Of a stretch of DNA of 32,000 bases, positions 29,291 to 32,000 are shown in pieces. The position numbers and the translations under genes are program-made. The stretch comes from Wigglesworthia glossinidia endosymbiont of Glossina brevipalpis. GTDB lineage: Bacteria; Pseudomonadota; Gammaproteobacteria; Enterobacterales; Enterobacteriaceae. Location of the stretch: assembly GCA_000008885.1 (NCBI GenBank), contig BA000021.3, positions 420,001 to 452,000 on the forward strand, read 5' to 3'. Under the pieces are notes generated by a model that saw only the letters and a list, made by a program, of their open reading frames with translations, was not told where the DNA came from and did no database searches. Position 1 is the stretch's first letter. Every line of letters starts with the position of its first letter.

Positions 29291-30160
29291 TCAGCTCCAA
29301 TTACCAAAAATAAAAAAGATCAAATAAAAAAAAATTGGAATAGAAAAAGATAAGCTATCAATACGATCTAAAATACCACCGTGACCAGGAATTATTTTCC
29401 CACTATCTTTAATATTCGCTTTTCTTTTAAACATGCTCATTACTAAATCTCCTAATATTCCAAAAAAAACAGAAATAAAAGAAGAAATAAAAAAAATAAA
29501 TTTATTTACATAAAAAAATTTATATTTATAAAATAAATAAATTGAAATAAAGGATAAAAATATTCCTCCTATAACTCCTTCTAAAGTTTTATTTGGGGAT
29601 ACCATTAAGAATAATTTATGTTTTCCAAGAATCTTTCCAAAAACATATGCTCCTATATCTGCAAAACAAATGCATGTTATTAAGTAAAATATTATCCAAG
29701 ATCCAAAATTACATGAATATAAATTGTACTGATATAATAATATTATTGTTATAAAAAATGGAAAAAATATAAAATATGAAGACATTGTTCTAATAAATAC
29801 ACTCTTATCCCAAAAATAAGAAAATTTAGGATAAAAAAAAGTCATAATTATAAATTGCATCCAACATATAAAGGATATTTCAAAATAATATTTTAAATAT
29901 ATATTTATTTCAAATAAACTTGTTAGGGAATATCTTTCCAAACATTTTATTATTAAATAGAAAAATGAAATAGAAGAAAATAAATATAAAATTTTATATA
30001 TATTGTGTTTTATTTTACATATATTGCTCCATTCCCAAATAGATGTAGCAAATATTGCAACTATAAAATATAAAAAAACATTATTATTAAAATAAAATAA
30101 AATAGATATAATGCATATAAATAAAAACAATGTGCTAATTAATCGAATTTTCAGAAGCAT
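29291..30160 (-). CDS. cdsA: Phosphatidate cytidylyltransferase (CDP-diglyceride synthase)
   Basis: This is a 289-aa polytopic membrane ORF. The N-terminus MLLKIRLIS compares with E. coli MLKYRLIS. It contains GKHKL...SPNKT.EG and the signature S.FKR...IKDSG..IPGHGGILDRIDS. Confidence 0.9.
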   Translation of the reverse strand: MLLKIRLISTLFLFICIISILFYFNNNVFLYFIVAIFATSIWEWSNICKIKHNIYKILYLFSSISFFYLIIKCLERYSLTSLFEINIYLKYYFEISFICWMQFIIMTFFYPKFSYFWDKSVFIRTMSSYFIFFPFFITIILLYQYNLYSCNFGSWIIFYLITCICFADIGAYVFGKILGKHKLFLMVSPNKTLEGVIGGIFLSFISIYLFYKYKFFYVNKFIFFISSFISVFFGILGDLVMSMFKRKANIKDSGKIIPGHGGILDRIDSLSFSIPIFFYLIFFIFGNWS

Positions 30161-30917
30161 CTCCTGTTTTTAAATAAATTTTGCTACATTTAGAATTTAT
30201 TTTACCGAATCTACGTTCTCTTTTGGCAAAAGAATTTATTGCATTTGAAAAAATCACATGATCAAAGTCTGGCCATAATACATCTGTAAAAAAAAGCTCA
30301 GAATATGCAATTTGCCAAAGCAAAAAATTACTAATTCTATGTTCTCCTCCTGTTCTAATAACCAAGTCTACTGGAACTAATTCATTCATACAAATAAATC
30401 TGCAGAAATTAGATTCATTTATTTGATCTGGATATATAATTCCTTTTTTGACTTGTTTGGCAATTTTTTTTACACCTTGTATAATATCCCATCTTCCTCC
30501 ATAATTTGCAGCTATATTTAAATTCAAACCATTATTTTTGTAAGTGATTTTTTCAGATTTTTTTATATATTTTTGTAACTTCAAATTAAATTTAGATATA
30601 TCTCCTATGATTTTTAATCTGATATTATTTTTTTTAAAGCTATCTATAGCATTGTTTAAAACACTTGAAAACAATTCCATTAAATCTGAAACTTCTTGTA
30701 TTGGTCTTTTCCAATTTTCGCTGCTAAAAGCATATAATGTAAGAGCGTTTAAATGATTATTTATTGCAAATTTTATTGCTTTTTTTGCAGATTCAACACC
30801 AGCTTTATGACCAAATATCCTTAACTTGCCTCTGTTTTTTGCCCAACGACCATTTCCATCCATAATAATAGCAATATGACGTGGTTTGTTTATGTGTTTG
30901 ATTTTTGTTAATGACAT
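30135..30917 (-). CDS. uppS: Ditrans,polycis-undecaprenyl-diphosphate synthase
   Basis: The 260-aa ORF contains HIAIIMDGNGRWAK, LTLYAFSSENW.RP, NIAANYGGRWDI, DLVIRTGGEHRISNFLLWQIAYSELFFTDVLWPDF and RERRFG. Confidence 0.95.
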   Translation of the reverse strand: MSLTKIKHINKPRHIAIIMDGNGRWAKNRGKLRIFGHKAGVESAKKAIKFAINNHLNALTLYAFSSENWKRPIQEVSDLMELFSSVLNNAIDSFKKNNIRLKIIGDISKFNLKLQKYIKKSEKITYKNNGLNLNIAANYGGRWDIIQGVKKIAKQVKKGIIYPDQINESNFCRFICMNELVPVDLVIRTGGEHRISNFLLWQIAYSELFFTDVLWPDFDHVIFSNAINSFAKRERRFGKINSKCSKIYLKTGDASENSIN

Positions 30918-31108
30918 TAAAATAATTTTTTATAAATTATATTTATTTTAATTTGTATTAATTTTTTTTATTATACATTTTAAAATAAATATTCTTTAAT
31001 CTAATATTAATAAATAATATTATATAGTTTATTTTTTTAACCAATAAATATATTATAATTATTTAGTTTAAATTAATCAATATTTATATTTATACAAAAT
31101 ATATAATA

Positions 31109-32000
31109 TTAATAACATTTAATAAATTTTTTTGCTAAATTTCTAGCTTTACTGTCAAGTAATAAAATTTCTTCTATGCTAGATGGTTCAAAAATATCAA
31201 GTTTATCCAACACCTTTTTATTAATTATTGCAATATCTGTGAAATAAATTTTTTTTGATAAAAAAGCAGATACGGATATTTCGTTTGCTGAATTTAGAAC
31301 TGTAGTCGCTCCTTGCCCATTATAGCTTGCTTGAATTGCTAAATTTAGGCATGGATATCTATTATAATCTATTGATTCAAAAGTCAATTTATTGTTTTTG
31401 TAAAAATCTAAATATTTGTTTTTTATTTTAATTCTTTTTGGATACCCTAATCCATATGAAATAGAAGATTGCATATCAGGTAAGCTCATGTTAGCAATTA
31501 CTGTTCCATCTATATATCTAATCATAGAATGTATAATAGATTGATGATGAATAATTAATTCTATTTGATCTTTGCAAACATTAAATAACCATTTAGCCAC
31601 AATATATTCAAATCCTTTATTCATCATAGTTGCTGAATCTATTGATATTTTTTTTCCCATTTTCCAGTTTGGATGATTACAAGCTTGATCAGGAGATACT
31701 TTTTTCAAATCTCTTAATTCAACATTTCTAAATGGACCTCCAGATCCAGTTAAAATTAATTTGTAAATTCCATATTTATTAATAGACGCAATTCCTAATT
31801 TTTTTTGAAAATCTAAAGGCAGACTTTGAAAAATAGCATTATGTTCGCTATCTATAGGAATTATTATTGATTTATATTTTTCTACTTGTTTCATAAAAAA
31901 ATGACCACAAGAAACTAATATTTCTTTGTTTGCTAATAGTATTTTTTTACCAGATTTAATCGCAGAAAATAAAAAAAATATTCCAGATAATCCTACTGTG
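31109..32000 (-). CDS. dxr: 1-deoxy-D-xylulose 5-phosphate reductoisomerase; 5' end lies beyond the window
   Basis: DSEHNAIFQSLP, LTGSGGPFR, PDQAC.HPNW.MGKKIS.DSATMMNKG and RYPCL.LA are all present. The frame stays open upstream of the track's ATG at 31894. Positions 31895-31999 translate to TVGLSGIFFLFSAIKSGKKILLANKEILVSCGHFF, which matches E. coli AAIRAGKTILLANKESLV. The gene therefore runs off the window edge, with roughly the first 100 codons missing. Confidence 0.93.
   Translation of the reverse strand, partial: TVGLSGIFFLFSAIKSGKKILLANKEILVSCGHFFMKQVEKYKSIIIPIDSEHNAIFQSLPLDFQKKLGIASINKYGIYKLILTGSGGPFRNVELRDLKKVSPDQACNHPNWKMGKKISIDSATMMNKGFEYIVAKWLFNVCKDQIELIIHHQSIIHSMIRYIDGTVIANMSLPDMQSSISYGLGYPKRIKIKNKYLDFYKNNKLTFESIDYNRYPCLNLAIQASYNGQGATTVLNSANEISVSAFLSKKIYFTDIAIINKKVLDKLDIFEPSSIEEILLLDSKARNLAKKFIKCY

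Noticed and set aside
5546-30756. Remaining short track ORFs: 5546-5836(-), 6875-7108(-), 7838-8149(+), 14995-15183(-), 15567-15854(+), 18210-18401(+), 22410-22643(+), 24009-24191(+), 24068-24304(+), 30544-30756(+)
   Set aside because: Each is nested antisense in, or in the case of 22410-22643 spans the junction of, a strongly supported housekeeping gene. All are 60-103 aa, low-complexity and lack homology that I can recognise.
1-32000. -10/-35 promoter calls (TATAAT-like hexamers), DnaA boxes, and tRNA, sRNA, RNase P or tmRNA genes in the spacers
   Set aside because: TATAAT-like hexamers occur every few tens of bases in the spacers, so no individual promoter call is defensible. No spacer contains the G/C-bearing stems that a tRNA or structured RNA would need. 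No TTATCCACA-type cluster was seen outside coding sequence.
1-32000. Novel defence, toxin, secretion or mobile system, as hinted by the task
   Set aside because: Every ORF longer than about 90 aa on the supported strand is a recognisable core housekeeping orthologue in conserved synteny. There are no orphan ORFs, integrases, transposases, direct or inverted terminal repeats, CRISPR-like arrays or compositionally deviant segments.

Overview
This 32 kb window is gene-dense and extremely A+T-rich. By eye, coding regions are about 75-80% A+T. A hand count of the longest spacer gives about 95% A+T. I found no rRNA, tRNA or other structured RNA genes, no mobile elements, no CRISPR arrays and no long repeats. 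All 28 CDSs I call are recognisable orthologues of E. coli housekeeping genes.

The genes fall into three blocks, each collinear with E. coli K-12 as I remember its map:
- Block 1 (1-10.6 kb): fabI, pyrF, ribA, yciC, clsA, hns, ugd, galU, purU. This is a roughly 60 kb E. coli interval compacted by deletions.
- Block 2 (10.7-16.8 kb): xthA, tsaB, minEDC, dadX, cvrA.
- Block 3 (16.9-32 kb): accA, dnaE, lpxB, lpxA, fabZ, lpxD, skp, bamA, rseP, cdsA, uppS, dxr. This is the classic envelope and lipid A cluster, here without rnhB.

The base composition, together with retained lipid A and outer-membrane biogenesis genes, hns and minCDE, points to a reduced-genome Enterobacterales-derived insect endosymbiont. 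It is most consistent with a Wigglesworthia glossinidia-like genome. That assignment rests on memory, not on a database search.

I find no support for a novel or accessory system such as a defence island, toxin module or prophage. The observations worth a second look are genome-reduction scars, gene truncations and extensions, overlapping or coupled genes, homopolymer tracts and a few small palindromes. None scores high.
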